Position numbers and translations under genes: made by a program. Below the pieces are notes generated by a model that was given only the letters and a program-made list of their open reading frames with translations, made no database searches and had not been told where the DNA came from. 64,000 nt of DNA from NCBI RefSeq assembly GCF_009914755.1, contig NC_060944.1; one strand, written 5' to 3'. The DNA is from the human T2T-CHM13v2.0 reference genome, Homo sapiens. Below are positions 1-13,699 of the stretch, one piece after another (positions within the stretch are counted from its first letter, which is position 1; every line of letters starts with the position of its first letter).

Positions 1-3000
1 TACTGGAAAGGAATGCAATGGAATGGAATGAATCAACAAAAGTGGAATGGAAGGGAATGGAAAAGAAAGGAAGGGAAAGGAATGGAATGCAATGGAGTCA
101 AACTAAATGGAATCGAATTGAATGGAATGCAATGGAATAGACTGAAATGGAACGGAATCGAATGGAATGGGATGGGATGGAATGGAATTACACCGAGTGG
201 AGCGGAATGGAATTGAATGGAATGGAATGGAATAATTTGGAATGGAATGGAATGCAATGGAATGGAATCAACCCGTATGGAATGGAATGGAATGGAATGG
301 AGTGGAAATCAATTGAATGGAATGGAATCAACCAGAGTGGAATGGAATTGAATAGAATGGAATGGAATGGAATCAACCCGAGTGCAATAGAATGGAATGG
401 AAACAACTCGAGTGAAATGGAATGGAAAGCTACGGAATGGAATGATTTGGAATCAAACATAGTGGAATGGAATGGAATGGAATGGAATGGAATGGAATGG
501 AATGAAACCAACCCGAGTGGAATGGAATGCAATGGAATGGAATGGGATGGAATAGGATGGAATAGAATGGAATAGAGTGCATTAGAATCGATCTGAATGG
601 AATGGAAAGGAATGGAAAGGAATGGAATTGAATGGAATGGAATGGAATGGAATGGAATAGAATCAACCATAGTGGAATGGAGTGGAATTGACCGGAATGG
701 AATGGAATGGAATGGAATAAACCCGAGTAGAATGCAATGGAAGGGAATGGAACCAAATGGAATGGAATGGCATTGAATGGGACCAACACGAGTGGAATGG
801 AATGGAATGGATAGGAATTGAATGGAATCCACCAGAGTGGAATATAATGGAAAAGAATGGAATGTAGTGGAATCAACACGAGTGGGATGGAATCGTATAG
901 ATTGAAATGGAATGGAATGGTATGGAATGGAATGGAATGGAATGCAATGGAAAGGAAAGGAATGCAATGGAATCAAAACGAGTGGAATGGAATGGAATGG
1001 AAAAGAATGGAATGGAATTCAATAGGATCAACCAGAGTGGAATGCAATGGAAAGGAATTGAATGCAATGGAATGGAATGGAATGGAATCCAATCCCGTGT
1101 AAAGGAATGTAATGGAATGGAAGGGAATGGAAGGAAATGGAATGGAATGGAATGGAATGGAATGGAATGAAAAAAATTCGAGTGGAATGGAATGGAATGC
1201 AATTTAATATAATGGAAATCAATGGAATGCACCCGAATTTAATGAAAAGGAATGCAATGGAATGGAATAGAATGGAATGGAATGGAATGGAATGGAATGG
1301 AATGGAATGGAATGGAATGGAATGGAATGGAATGGATTGGAATGGAAGCAACCCGAGTGGAATGGAAAGGAATGGAATGGAATGGAATAAAATGGAATGG
1401 AACGGAACGGAACGGAACGGAATGGAATGGAATGGAATGGAATGGAATGGAATGGAAAGGAATGGAATTAACGCGAGTGTAATGGAATGGAATGGAATGC
1501 AATGGAATTGAATGGAATCCACATGAGTGGAATGTAATAGAATGGAATGGAATGGAATGGAATGGAATGAAATGGATTGGAATCAACCTACATGGAATGT
1601 AGTGGATTCGAATGGAATGGAATCAACACGAGAGGAATGGAATGGAATGGAATGGAATGGAATGGAATGGAATGGAATGGAATGGAATGGAGTGGAATGG
1701 AATGGGACGGAAAGGAATGGAATGGAATGGAATGGAATGGAAAGGAATGGAATGGAATCAATGCGAGTGTAATGCAATGGAACGGAATGGAATGGAGTGG
1801 AATGGAATGGAATGAAAAGGAATGGAATCATTGCAAGTGTAATGGAATGGAATGGAATGGAATGGAATGGAATGGAATGGAATGGAATGGAATGGAATGC
1901 AATGGAATGGACTGGAATGGAATCAACCCGTGTGGAATGTAATGCAAAGGAATGGAATGGAATGGAATGGAATGGAATCAACAAAAGTGTAATGGAAGTG
2001 AATGGAATAGAATGGAATGGAAAGTAATGCAGTCAACACGAATGGAATCAAATGGAGTGGAATCTAATGGAATGGAATGGAATGGAATGGAATGGAATGG
2101 AATGGGATAGAATGGAATCAAACCGAGGGGAGTGGAATGGAATTGAATGTAATGGAATGGAATAAATTGGAATGGAAAGGAATGTAACGGAACGGAATGG
2201 AATCAACCAGAGTGGAATGGAATTGAATGGAATGGAATGGAATGGAATCAACCCGTGTGGAATGGAATGGAATGGAATTGAATGGAATTAACCCCAGTGA
2301 AATGGAATGCAAAGGAACGGAATGGAATTTAATGGAATGGAATGGAATGGAATGGAATGGAATGCAAAGGAATGGAAAGGAATGGAATGGAATGGAATGG
2401 AATGAGGTCAATGCAAGTGTAATTGAATGGAATGGAATGAAATGGAATGGAATGGAATGGAATGGAGAGGAATGGAATGGAATTGATTTGAATGGAATGG
2501 AATCAACTGGAATGGAATGCAATGGAATGGAATGAAATGGAATGGAATGGAATCAACTAGAATGGAAAGGAATGGAATGGAATGGAATGCAGTGGAATGG
2601 AATGGAATGGAATCAACCCGTGTGGAATGTAATGCAAAGGAATGGAAGAATGGAATGGAATCAACGAAAGTGGAATTGAAGGGAATAGAATAGAATGGAA
2701 TGGAATGGAATGGAAAGCAATGAAGTCAACACGAATGGAATCGAATAGAATGGAATTCAAAGAATGGAATGGAATGGAATGCAATGGAATGGAATGGGAT
2801 GGGATGGAATGGAAACAAACCGAGTGGAGTGAATGGAATTGAATGGAATGGAATGGAATAAATTGGAATGGAAAGGAATGGAATGGAATGGAATCAACCC
2901 GAGTGGAATCTAATATAATGGAATGGAATGGAATAGAATCAACCCAAGAAGAATGGAATGGTAAGGAATGAAATGGAATGGAATGGAATGGTATGGAATG

Positions 3001-5529
3001 GAATGCAATGGAATGCAATGGAAAGGAATGCAATGGAATCAAAACGAGTGGAATGGAATGGAATGGAAAGGAATGGAATGGAATTCAATAGAATCAACGC
3101 GAGTGGAATGGAATGCAAAGGAATTGAATGGAATGGAATGGAATGGATTGTAATCAACCCGCGTGGAATGTAGTGGATTCGAATGGAATGGAATCAACCC
3201 GATAGGAATGGAATGAAATGGAATGGAATGCAATGGAACTGAATGGAAAGGAATGGAATCAACCCTACTGGAATGGAAGGGAATGGAATGGAAAGGAATG
3301 GAATGGAATGGAATGCAATGGAATCAACCCGAATGGACTGGAATGGAATGGAATGGAATGGAATGAAATGGAGTCAAACCGACTGGAATGGAATGCAATG
3401 GAATGGAATGGAATGGAATGGAATGGAATGGAATCAACTCGAATGGAATGGAATGGAATGGAATGGAATGGAATGGATTCAATGTTAGAGGAATGGAATG
3501 GAATGGAGGGGAATGGACTGGAAAGAAATGGAATAGAATGGAATGTAATGCAATGGAATGGATTGAAACGGAATGGAAAGGAATAAAATCAAGTGAAATT
3601 GGATGGAATGGATTGGAATGGAATGGAATGGAATGGAATGGAATGGAATGGAATCCACCCAAGTGGAATGGAATGGATTGGAATGGATTGGAATGGAATG
3701 GAATGGAATGGAATGGACTTCACACGAGTGCAACAGAATGGAATGGAATGGAACCAACCCGAGTGGATTTCAATGGAATGGAAATTAATGGAAAGGAATG
3801 GAATGGAATCAACCCGAGTGGAATGGAATGGAATGGAAGGATTCGAATGGAAAAGAATGAAATGTAATGAAATCAAACCGAGTGGAATGGAATGGAATGG
3901 AATGCGATGGAATAGAATGGAATGGACTGGATTGGATTCAATCTGAGTGGAATGGAATGGAATGGAATGGAGTGGAATGGAATACACCAGAATGGAATGG
4001 AATAGAGTGGAATGAAATGGAGTGGAATCAACCCCAGTGGAATGGAATGGAATGGAATGGAATGGAATGGAATGGAATAGAATGGAATAGAATGGAATGG
4101 AATGGCATGGAATGAAATGGAATGGAATGGAATCGAATGGATTGGAATCAAATGGAGAGAATGGAATGGAATTGAATGGAATGGAATGAAATGGAATGGA
4201 ATGGAATGGAATGGAATGAAATCAATCCGAGTGCAATGGAATGGAATAGAATGGGATGGAATTGAATGGAATGGAGTGGATTGGAATCAATCTGAGTGGA
4301 ATGGAAAGGAATGGAATTGAAGACAATGGAATGGAATGGAATGGAATGGAATGCAATGGAATGCAATGGAATGGAAAGGAATGCAAGGACACGGAATGGA
4401 ATGGAGTCAACTGGAATGGAAGGGAATGGGATGGATTAGAATGGAATCAACACTAGTGGAATAAAATGGAAAGGAACGGAATGGAAAGGAATGGAATGGA
4501 AAGGAACTGAATGTAATGGAATGGAATGGAGTGGAATGGAATCAATGTGAGTGAAAAGGAATGGAATGGAACGGAATGGAGTGGAATGGAATGGAACGGA
4601 ATGGATTGGAATGGAATGGAATGGAATGGAATGGAATGGAATGGAATGGAATCAACGCGAGTGTAATGGAATGGAATGGAATGGAGTAAATAGAATGGAA
4701 TTGATTTGAATAGAATGGAATCAACTGGCATGTAATGAAATGGAATGGAATGCAATGCCATGGAATGGAATGGAATGGAATCAACAAGAATGAAAAGGAA
4801 TGGAATGGAATGGAATGGAGTTGAGACAAACCGAGTGGAATGGAATGGAATGGAATGGAATGGAATGGAATCAACCCGAGTGGAATGGAATGGAATGGAA
4901 TGGAATGGAATGGAATGGAATGGAATGAAATGGAATGGAATGCAATGCAATGGAGTGGAGTGGAGTGGAATGGAATGGAATGGAATGGAATGGAATGGAA
5001 TGGAATGGAATCAATGCAAGTGAAATTAAATGGAATAGAATGGAATGGAATGTAATGGAGTGGAATGGAATGGAATCACCCAGAGTTTAATGGAATGGAA
5101 TGGAATGGAATGGAATGGAATCAACCCGAGTGGAATGGAATGGATTGGAAAGGAATGGAATGGAATGGAACAAATAAGAGTGGAATGGATTGGAATGGAA
5201 TGAAATGGAAAGAAACGAAATGGAATCAACACGAGTGGAATGGAAAGGAGTGGAATGGAATGGAGTGGAATGGAATGGAATGGAGTGGAATCAACACAAG
5301 TGGAATGGAATGGAATAGAATGGAATGGAATGGAATAGAATGGAATGGAATGGAATGGAATTTAATGGATTGGAATCAATCCGAGTGGAATGGAATGGAA
5401 TGGAATGGAATGGAATGGAATGGAACGGAATGAAATCAAACCGAGAGGAATGGAATGGAATGGAATGGCATGGAATAGAATGGAATGGAGTGGATTAGAA
5501 TCAATCTGAGTGGAAAGGAAAGGAATGGA

Positions 5530-6580
5530 AAGGAATGGAATGGAATGGAATGGAATGGAATGGAATGCAAAGGAATGGAAAGAAATGGAATGGAATGGAA
5601 TGGAATGAGGTCAATGCAAGTGTAATTGAATGGAATGGAATGAAATGGAATGGAATGGAATGGAATGGAGAGGAATGGAATGGAATTGATTTGAATGGAA
5701 TGGAATCAACTGGAATGGAATGCAATGGAATGGAATGAAATGGAATGGAATGGAATCAACTAGAATGGAAAGGAATGGAATGGAATGGAATGCAGTGGAA
5801 TGGAATGGAATGGAATCTACCCGTGTGGAATGTAATGCAAAGGAATGGAAGAATGGAATGGAATCAACGAAAGTGGAATGGAAGGGAATAGAATAGAATG
5901 GAATGGAAAGCAATGGAGTCAACACGAATGGAATCGAATAGAATGGAATTCAAAGAATGGAATGGAATGGAATGCAATGGAATGGAATGGGATGGGATGG
6001 AATGGAAACAAACCGAGTGGAGTGAATGGAATTGAATGGAATGGAATGGAATAAATTGGAATGGAAAGGAATGGAATGGAATGGAATGGAATGGAATGGA
6101 ATGGAATGGAATCAACCCGAGTGGAATGTAATATAATGGAATGGAATGGAATAGAATCAACCCAAGAAGAATTGAATGGTAAGGAATGAAATGGAATGGA
6201 ATGGAATGGTATGGAATGTAATGGAATGGAATGCAATGGAAAGGAATGCAATGGAATCAAAACGAGTGGAATGGAATAGAATGGAAAGGAATGGAATGGA
6301 ATTCAATAGAATCAACGCGAGTGGAATGGAATGCAAAGGAATTGAATGGAATGGAATGGAATGGAATGGAATGGAATGAAATGGATTGGAATCAACCCGC
6401 GTGGAATGTAGTGGATTCGAATGGAATGGAATCAACCCGATAGGAATGGAATGAAATGGAATGGAATGCAATGGAATTGAATGGAAAGGATTGGAGTCAA
6501 CCCTACAGGAATGGAAGGGAATGGAATGGAAAGGAATGGAATGGAATGGACTGCAATGGAATCAACCCGACTGGACTGGA
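5530..6580 (+). repeat. Duplicate of ~2340-3340 segment (offset ~3.2 kb)
   Basis: The two segments share phase-shifting markers (aatggaagaatgg, gaattcaaagaatgg, gtggagtgaatgg). ORFs match at 2642/5845 and 2958/6176. Confidence 0.82.
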
Positions 6581-9500
6581 GTGGAATGGGATGGAATGGA
6601 ATGGAATGGAATGGAATCAAATCGAATGGAATGGAATGGAATGGAATGGAATGGAATGGAATGGATTCAATGTGAGAGGAATGGAATGGAATGGAGTGGA
6701 ATGGAATGGAACGAAATGTAATAGAATGGAACGGAATGCAATGGAAAGGATTGAAATGGAATGGAAAGGAATAAAATCAAGTGAAATTGGATGGAATGGA
6801 TTGGAATGGAATGGAGTGGAATGGAATGGAATGGAATGGAATGGACTTCACACGAGTGCAACGGAATGGAATGGAATGGAACCAACCTGAGTGGAATGGA
6901 ATGGAATGGAAATTAATGGAATGGAATGGAATGGAATCAACCCGAGTGGAATGGAATGGAATGCAATGGAATGCTTTGGAATGGTGTGGAATGGAATGGA
7001 ATGGAATGCAATGGAATGGAATCAAAGTGAGTGGAATGGAATGGAATGAAATGGAATGGAATGGAATCAACACGAGTGGAATGGAATGGAATGGAATGGG
7101 ATGGGATGGAATGGAATGGAATGCAATGCAATGTAATCAACACGAGTAGAATGGAAAGGAATGGAATGGAATGGAATGGAATGCATTGGAATCCACCCGA
7201 TTAGAATGGAAAGGAACGGCATGGAATGGAATGGAATGGAATGGAATGGAATGGAATGGAATGGAATGGAATGGAATGGAATGGAATGGAAAGGAATGCA
7301 AGGGCATGGAATGGAATGGAGTCAACAGGAATGGAATGGAATGGAATGGAACCAACACGAGTGGAATGAAATGGAAAGGAGCGGAATGGACAGGAAAGGA
7401 ATGGAAAGGAACTGAATGTAATGGAATCGAATGGAGTGGAATTGAATGGAATGGAATGGAATCAATGTGAGTGAAATGGAATGGAATGGAACGGAATGGA
7501 GGGGAATGGAATGGAATGGAATGGAATGCAATGGAATCATTGCGAGTGCAATGGAATGGAATGGAATGGAATGGAGTAAATAAAATGGAATTTATTTGAA
7601 TGGAATGGAATAAACGGGAATGGAATGGAATGGAATGGAATGGAATGGAATGGAATGGTATGGAATGGAATGCCATGAAATGGAATGGAATGGAATGGAA
7701 TTAACAAGAATGGAAAGGAATGGAATGGAATGGAATGGAATGGAATGGAATGGAATGGAATGGAATGGAGAGGAGGCAAACCGAGTGGAATGGAATGGAT
7801 TGCAATGGAATAGAAAGGAATGGAATGGAACGGAATGGAATGCAACGGAATGGAGTGGAATGGAATGGAATGGAATGGAATGGAATGGAATGGAATGGAA
7901 TGGAATCAATGCAAGTGTAATTGAATGGAATGGAATGGAATGGAATGGAATGGAATGGAATGGAATGGAGTGGAATTGATTGGAATTGATATGAATGGAA
8001 TGGAATCAACTGGAATGGAACGGAATGGAATGGAATGGAATGGAATGGAATGGAATCAACTAGAATGGAAAGGAATGGAATGGAATGCAATGGAATGGAA
8101 TTGAATGGAATGGAATCAACCCTTGTGAAATGTAACGCAAAGCAATGGAATGGAATGGAATGGAATGGAATGGAATGGAATGGAATGGAATCAATAAAAC
8201 TGGAATGGAATGGAATGGAATACAACGGAATGGAATGGAATGGAATGGAATGGAATGGAATGGAATACTCTGGAGTGGAATGGAATGGAATGGAATGCAA
8301 TGGATTCGATTGGAATTTAACTAACCCGATTGGAATGGAGTGGAATGGAATGGAATGGAACGGAAAGAAGCCGATTGGTATGCAGTGGACTGCAAAGGCA
8401 TGGAATTGAAAGGGATGGAATGGAATGGAATGGAATGGAATCAACCCGAGTGGAATGGAATGGAATGGAATGGAATGGAAATGAATGGAATGGAATGCAA
8501 TCAACCCGAGTGCAATGGAATGGGGTGGAATGGAATGGAATGGAATGGAATGGATTGGAATGGAATGGAATCGAATGCAATGGAATGGAATAGCGTGGAA
8601 TGTAATGGAATGCAATGGAAAGGAATCAAGCCAGGTGGAATCGAAAGGAATGGAATGGAATTGAATGCAATGGAATTGAATGGAATCAACCCGAGTGGAA
8701 TGTAATGGCATGGAATGGAGTTGAATCGAATGGAAAGGATTCAACGCGATTGGAAAGGAATGGAATGGAATGGAATGGAATCAACCCGAGTGGAATGGAG
8801 TGCAACGGAATGGAATGAAATGGAATGGAATGGAATGGAATCAACGTGATTGTAAAGGAATAAAATGAAATGGAATGAAATGGAATGCAATTCAATCAAC
8901 TCGATTGGAAAGGAATGGTTGGAATGGAAATGAAAGGAATGGAATGGAATAAAATCAACCCGAATGGAATGGAATGGAATGGAATGGAATTTAATGGAAT
9001 GGAATGGAATGGAATGGAATGGAATGGAATGGAATGGAATGGAATGGAATCACCCCGAGAGGAATTGAATGGAATGGAATGGAATGGATTGGAATGGAAT
9101 GGAATTGAATGGAATAAACTGAAGAGGAATGGTATAGAATGGAATGGAATGGATTGGAAGGGAATGGAATGGGAAGGAATGGAATCAACTAGAATGGAAA
9201 GGAATGGAATGGAATGGAATGGAATGCAGTGGAATGGAATGGAATGGAATCAACCCCTGTGGAATGTAATGCCAAGGAATGGAATGGAATGGAATGGAAT
9301 GGAATAAACAAAAGTGGAATGGAAGGGAATGGAATAGAATTGAATGGAATGGAATGGAAAGCATTGGAGTCAACCCGAATGAAATCGAATGGAATGGAAT
9401 GCAATGGAATGGAAAGGAATGGAATGGAATGGAATGGAATGGAATGGAATAGAAAGGAATGGAATGGAATGGAATGGAATGGGATGGAATGGAATCAAAC

Positions 9501-12500
9501 CGAGTGGATTGGAATGCAATTGAATGTAATGGAATGGAATAAACTGCAATTGAAAGGAATGGAATGGAATGGAATGGAAACAACCAGAGAGGAATGTAAT
9601 TGAATGGATTGGAATGGAATGGAATCAACCCGAGTGGAATTGAATTGAATGGAATGGAATGGAATGGAATCAACGCGAGTGGAATGGAATGGAATGAATT
9701 GAATGGAATTAACCTGCGTGAAATGGAATGGAAAGGAATGGAATGGAATTTAATGGAATTGAATGGAATGGAATGGAATCAACCTGAGTGGAATGTAATG
9801 AAATGGAATGGAATGGAAAGCAATGGAATTGAATGGAATCAACCAGAGTTGAATGGAATTGAATGGAATGGAATGGATTGGAATCAACCCAAATGGAATG
9901 GAATGGAATGGTATTGAATGGAATTACCCGAGTGAAATGGCATGGAAAGGAACGGAATAGAATTTAATTGAATAGAATGGAATGGAAAGGAATCAACCAG
10001 AGTGGAATTGAATGGAATGAAATGGAATGCAATGTAATGGAATGGAATGGAACCAATAAGAGTGGAATGGATTGGAATGAAATGGAATGGAATGAAAGGG
10101 AATGGAATCAACCCGAGTGGAATGGATGGAATGTAATGGAATGGAATGGAAAGCAATGGAAAGGAATACACCAGAGTGGAATGGAATAGAATGGAATGGA
10201 ATGTAGTGGAATCAACCCCAGTGGAAAGGAATGGAATGGAATGGAATGGAATGGAATGGAATGGAATGGAATTGAAAGGAATGGAATCAATCCGACAGGA
10301 ATGGAAAGGAATGGAATAGAATGAAATGGAATGGAATGGCATGGAATGGAATCGAATCAATCCGAGTGGAATGGAATGGAATGGAATGGAATGGAATAGA
10401 ATGGATTTGAATGGAATGGAATCAACCCGAGTGGAATGGAAAAGAATGGAATGCAATGGAATGGAATGCATTGGAATGGAATGGATTGGAATGGAATCAA
10501 CCCGAGTGGAATGGAATTGAATGGAATGCAATGGAATGCAAAGGATTGCAATCAAACCGAGTGGAACAGAGTAGAAAGGAATGGAAGGGAATGGAATGGA
10601 ATAAACTGGAGTGGAATGGATTGGAATGGAATGGAGTGGAATGGAATGGAATGGAATGGAATGGAATGGAATGTATTGGAATGGAATGGAATTAAACTGA
10701 TTGAAATGGGGTGGAATGGAATAGAATGGAATGGAATGGAAAGAAACGGATTGGAATGCAGTGGACTGGAAAGAAATGGAATTGAATGGAATGGAATGGA
10801 AAGGAATGGAAAGCAATGGAACGGAATGGAATGGGATGGAATGGAATGGAATGGAATTTAATGGAATGGAATGGAATGGAATGGAATCAATCCGAGTGGT
10901 ATGCAATGGAGTGGAATGGATTGGAATGCAATGCAATCAACCCGAGTGTTATGCAAAGGAGTGGAATGGAGTGGAATGGGATGGAATGCAGTCAACACGC
11001 GTGGAATGGAATGGATAGTAATGGAATGGAATGGAATGGAATGGAATGAAACCGAGTGGAATGGAATGGAATCAACCCGAATGGAATGGAATGGAATGGA
11101 ATTGAGTGGAATCAACACGAGTGGAATGGAATGGAAAGGAATGGAATACAATGGAATGCAATGGCATGGAATGGAATGGAATGGAGTGCAACGGAATAGA
11201 ATGGAATGGAATTGAATGGAATTGATTAGAATGCGATGGAAAGGAATGGAAAGGAACCACCTGAAATGCAAAGGAATAGAATGGAATGCAATGGAATGGA
11301 ATGGAATGGAATGGAATCAACCCGAGTGGAACGGAATGCAAAGGAAAGGAATGGAGTGGAATGGAATTGAATGGAAAGGAACTCAATGGAATGGAATGGA
11401 ATAGAGTGGAATGGAATGGCATGAAATGGAATGGAATCAATGCGAGTGTAATGCAATGGAATGGAATGGAATGGAGTGGAATGGAATGGAATGAAAAGGA
11501 ATGGAATCAATGCAAGTGTAATGGAATGGAATATAATGGAGTGGAATAGAATGGAATGGAATGGAATGGAGTGGAATAAACTGGAATGGAATGGAATGGA
11601 ACAGAATGGAATGGAATTGAATGGAATGGAATCAACTAGAATGGAAAGGCATGGAATGGAATGGAATGCAATGGAATGGACTGGAATGGAATCAACCCGT
11701 GTGGAATGTAATGCAAAGGAATGGAATGGAATCAACAAAAGTGTAATGGAAGGGAATGGAATAGAATGGAATGGAAAGCAATGCAGTCAACACGAATGGA
11801 ATCGAACGGAGTGGAATCTAATGGAATGGAATGCAATGGAATGGAATGGAATGGAATGGAATGGAATGGAATGGGATAGAATGGAATCAAACCGAGGGGA
11901 GTGGAATGGAATTGAAGGTAATGGAATGGAATAAATAGGAATGGAAAGGAATGGAATGGAACGGAATGGAATCAACCAGAGTGCAATGGAATTGAATGGA
12001 ATGGAATGGAATGGAATCAACCCGAGTGGAATGGAATTGAATGGAATGGAATGGAATGGAATCAACCCGAGTGGAATGGAATGGAATGGAATTGAATGGA
12101 ATTAACCCGAGTGTAATGGAATAGAAAGGAACGGAATGGAATTTAATGGAATGGAAAGGAATGGAATGGAATGGAATGGAATGGAATGCAAAGGAATGGA
12201 AAGGAATGGAATGGAATGGAATGGAGTCAATGCAAGTGTAATTGAATGGAATGGAATGGAATCAACAAAAGTGGAATGGAAGGGAATGGAGTAGAATGGA
12301 ATGGAATGGAATGGAAAGCAATGGAGTCAATACGAATGGAATTGAATAGAATGGAATGCAAAGGAATGGAATGGAATGGAATGCAATGGAATGGAATGGG
12401 ATGGGGTGGAATGGAAACAAACCGAGTGGAGTGGAATGGAATTGAATGGAATGGAATGGAATTAATTGGAATGAAAAGGAATGGAATAGAATGGCATGGA

Positions 12501-13699
12501 ATGGAATGGAATGGAATGGAATGGAATGGAATGGAATCAACCAGAGTGGAATGGAATTGAATGGAATGGAAAGGAATGGAATGGAATAAATTGTAATGGA
12601 AAGGAATGGAATGGAATGGAATGGAATCAACAAGACTGGAATGGAATTGAATGGAATGGAATGGAATGGAATCAAACGGAGGGGAATGGAATTGAATGGA
12701 ATGGAATAGAATGGAATGGAATGGAATGGAATGCAATGGAATGGAAAGGAATGGAATAGAATGGAATGGAAAGGAATGCATTGGAGTAGAATGGAATGGA
12801 ATGGAATGGAATGGTATCAATGCAAGTGTAATTGAATGGAATGGAATGGAGAGGAATGGAATGGAATTGATTTGAATGCAATGAAATCACCTGGAATCGA
12901 ATGGAATGGAATGGAATCAACTAGAATGGAAAGGAATGGAATGGAATGGAATCAACTAGAATGGAAAGGAATGAAATGGAATGTAATGCAGTTGAATGGA
13001 ATGGAATGGAATCAACCCGTGTGGAATGTAATGCAAAGGAATAGAATGGAAAGGAATGGAATCAACAAAAGTGTAACGGAAGGGAATAGAATAGAATGGA
13101 ATGGAATGGAATGGAATGGAATGGAAAGCAATGGAGTCAACCCGAATGGAATCGAATGGAATGGAATGCAATGGAATGGAATGGAATGCAATGGAATGGA
13201 GTGGAATGGAATGGAATGGGATGGGATGGAATGGAATGGATTCAACCAGAGTGAAATAGAATTGAATGGAATGGAATGGAATGGAATCAACCCGAGTGGA
13301 ATTGAATTGAATTGAATGGAATGGAATGGAATGGAATGGAATGGAATGGAATGGAATGGAATGGAATGGATTGGAATGGAATGGAATCAACCAGAGTGGA
13401 ATGGAATTGAATGGAATGGAATGGAATGGAATCAACCCGAGAGGAATTGAATGGAATGGAATGGAATAGAATGGAATCAACTCGAGTGGAATGGAATGCA
13501 ATGGAATGGAATGGAATGGAATGGAATGGAATGGAATGGAATTAACTCGAGTGAAATGGAATGGAAAGGAACGGAATGAAATTTAATGGAATGGAATGGA
13601 ATGGAATCAACCTGAATGGACTGGAATGAAATGGAGTGGAATGGAAGGCAATGGATTTGAATGGAATCAGCCAGAGTTGAATGGAATTGAACGGAATGG

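Noticed and set aside
3170-3190. ggattcgaatgg and similar TTC-containing variants as canonical inverted heat-shock elements
   Set aside because: In the instances I inspected, spacing does not give nGAAnnTTCnnGAAn. Only head-to-tail nGAAn units are evident, though I did not scan exhaustively.
7975-7995. tgattggaattga as a possible DUX4 site
   Set aside because: It does not fit the TGATTRRRTTA reverse-complement consensus at the final positions, and it is explained by pentamer point variants.
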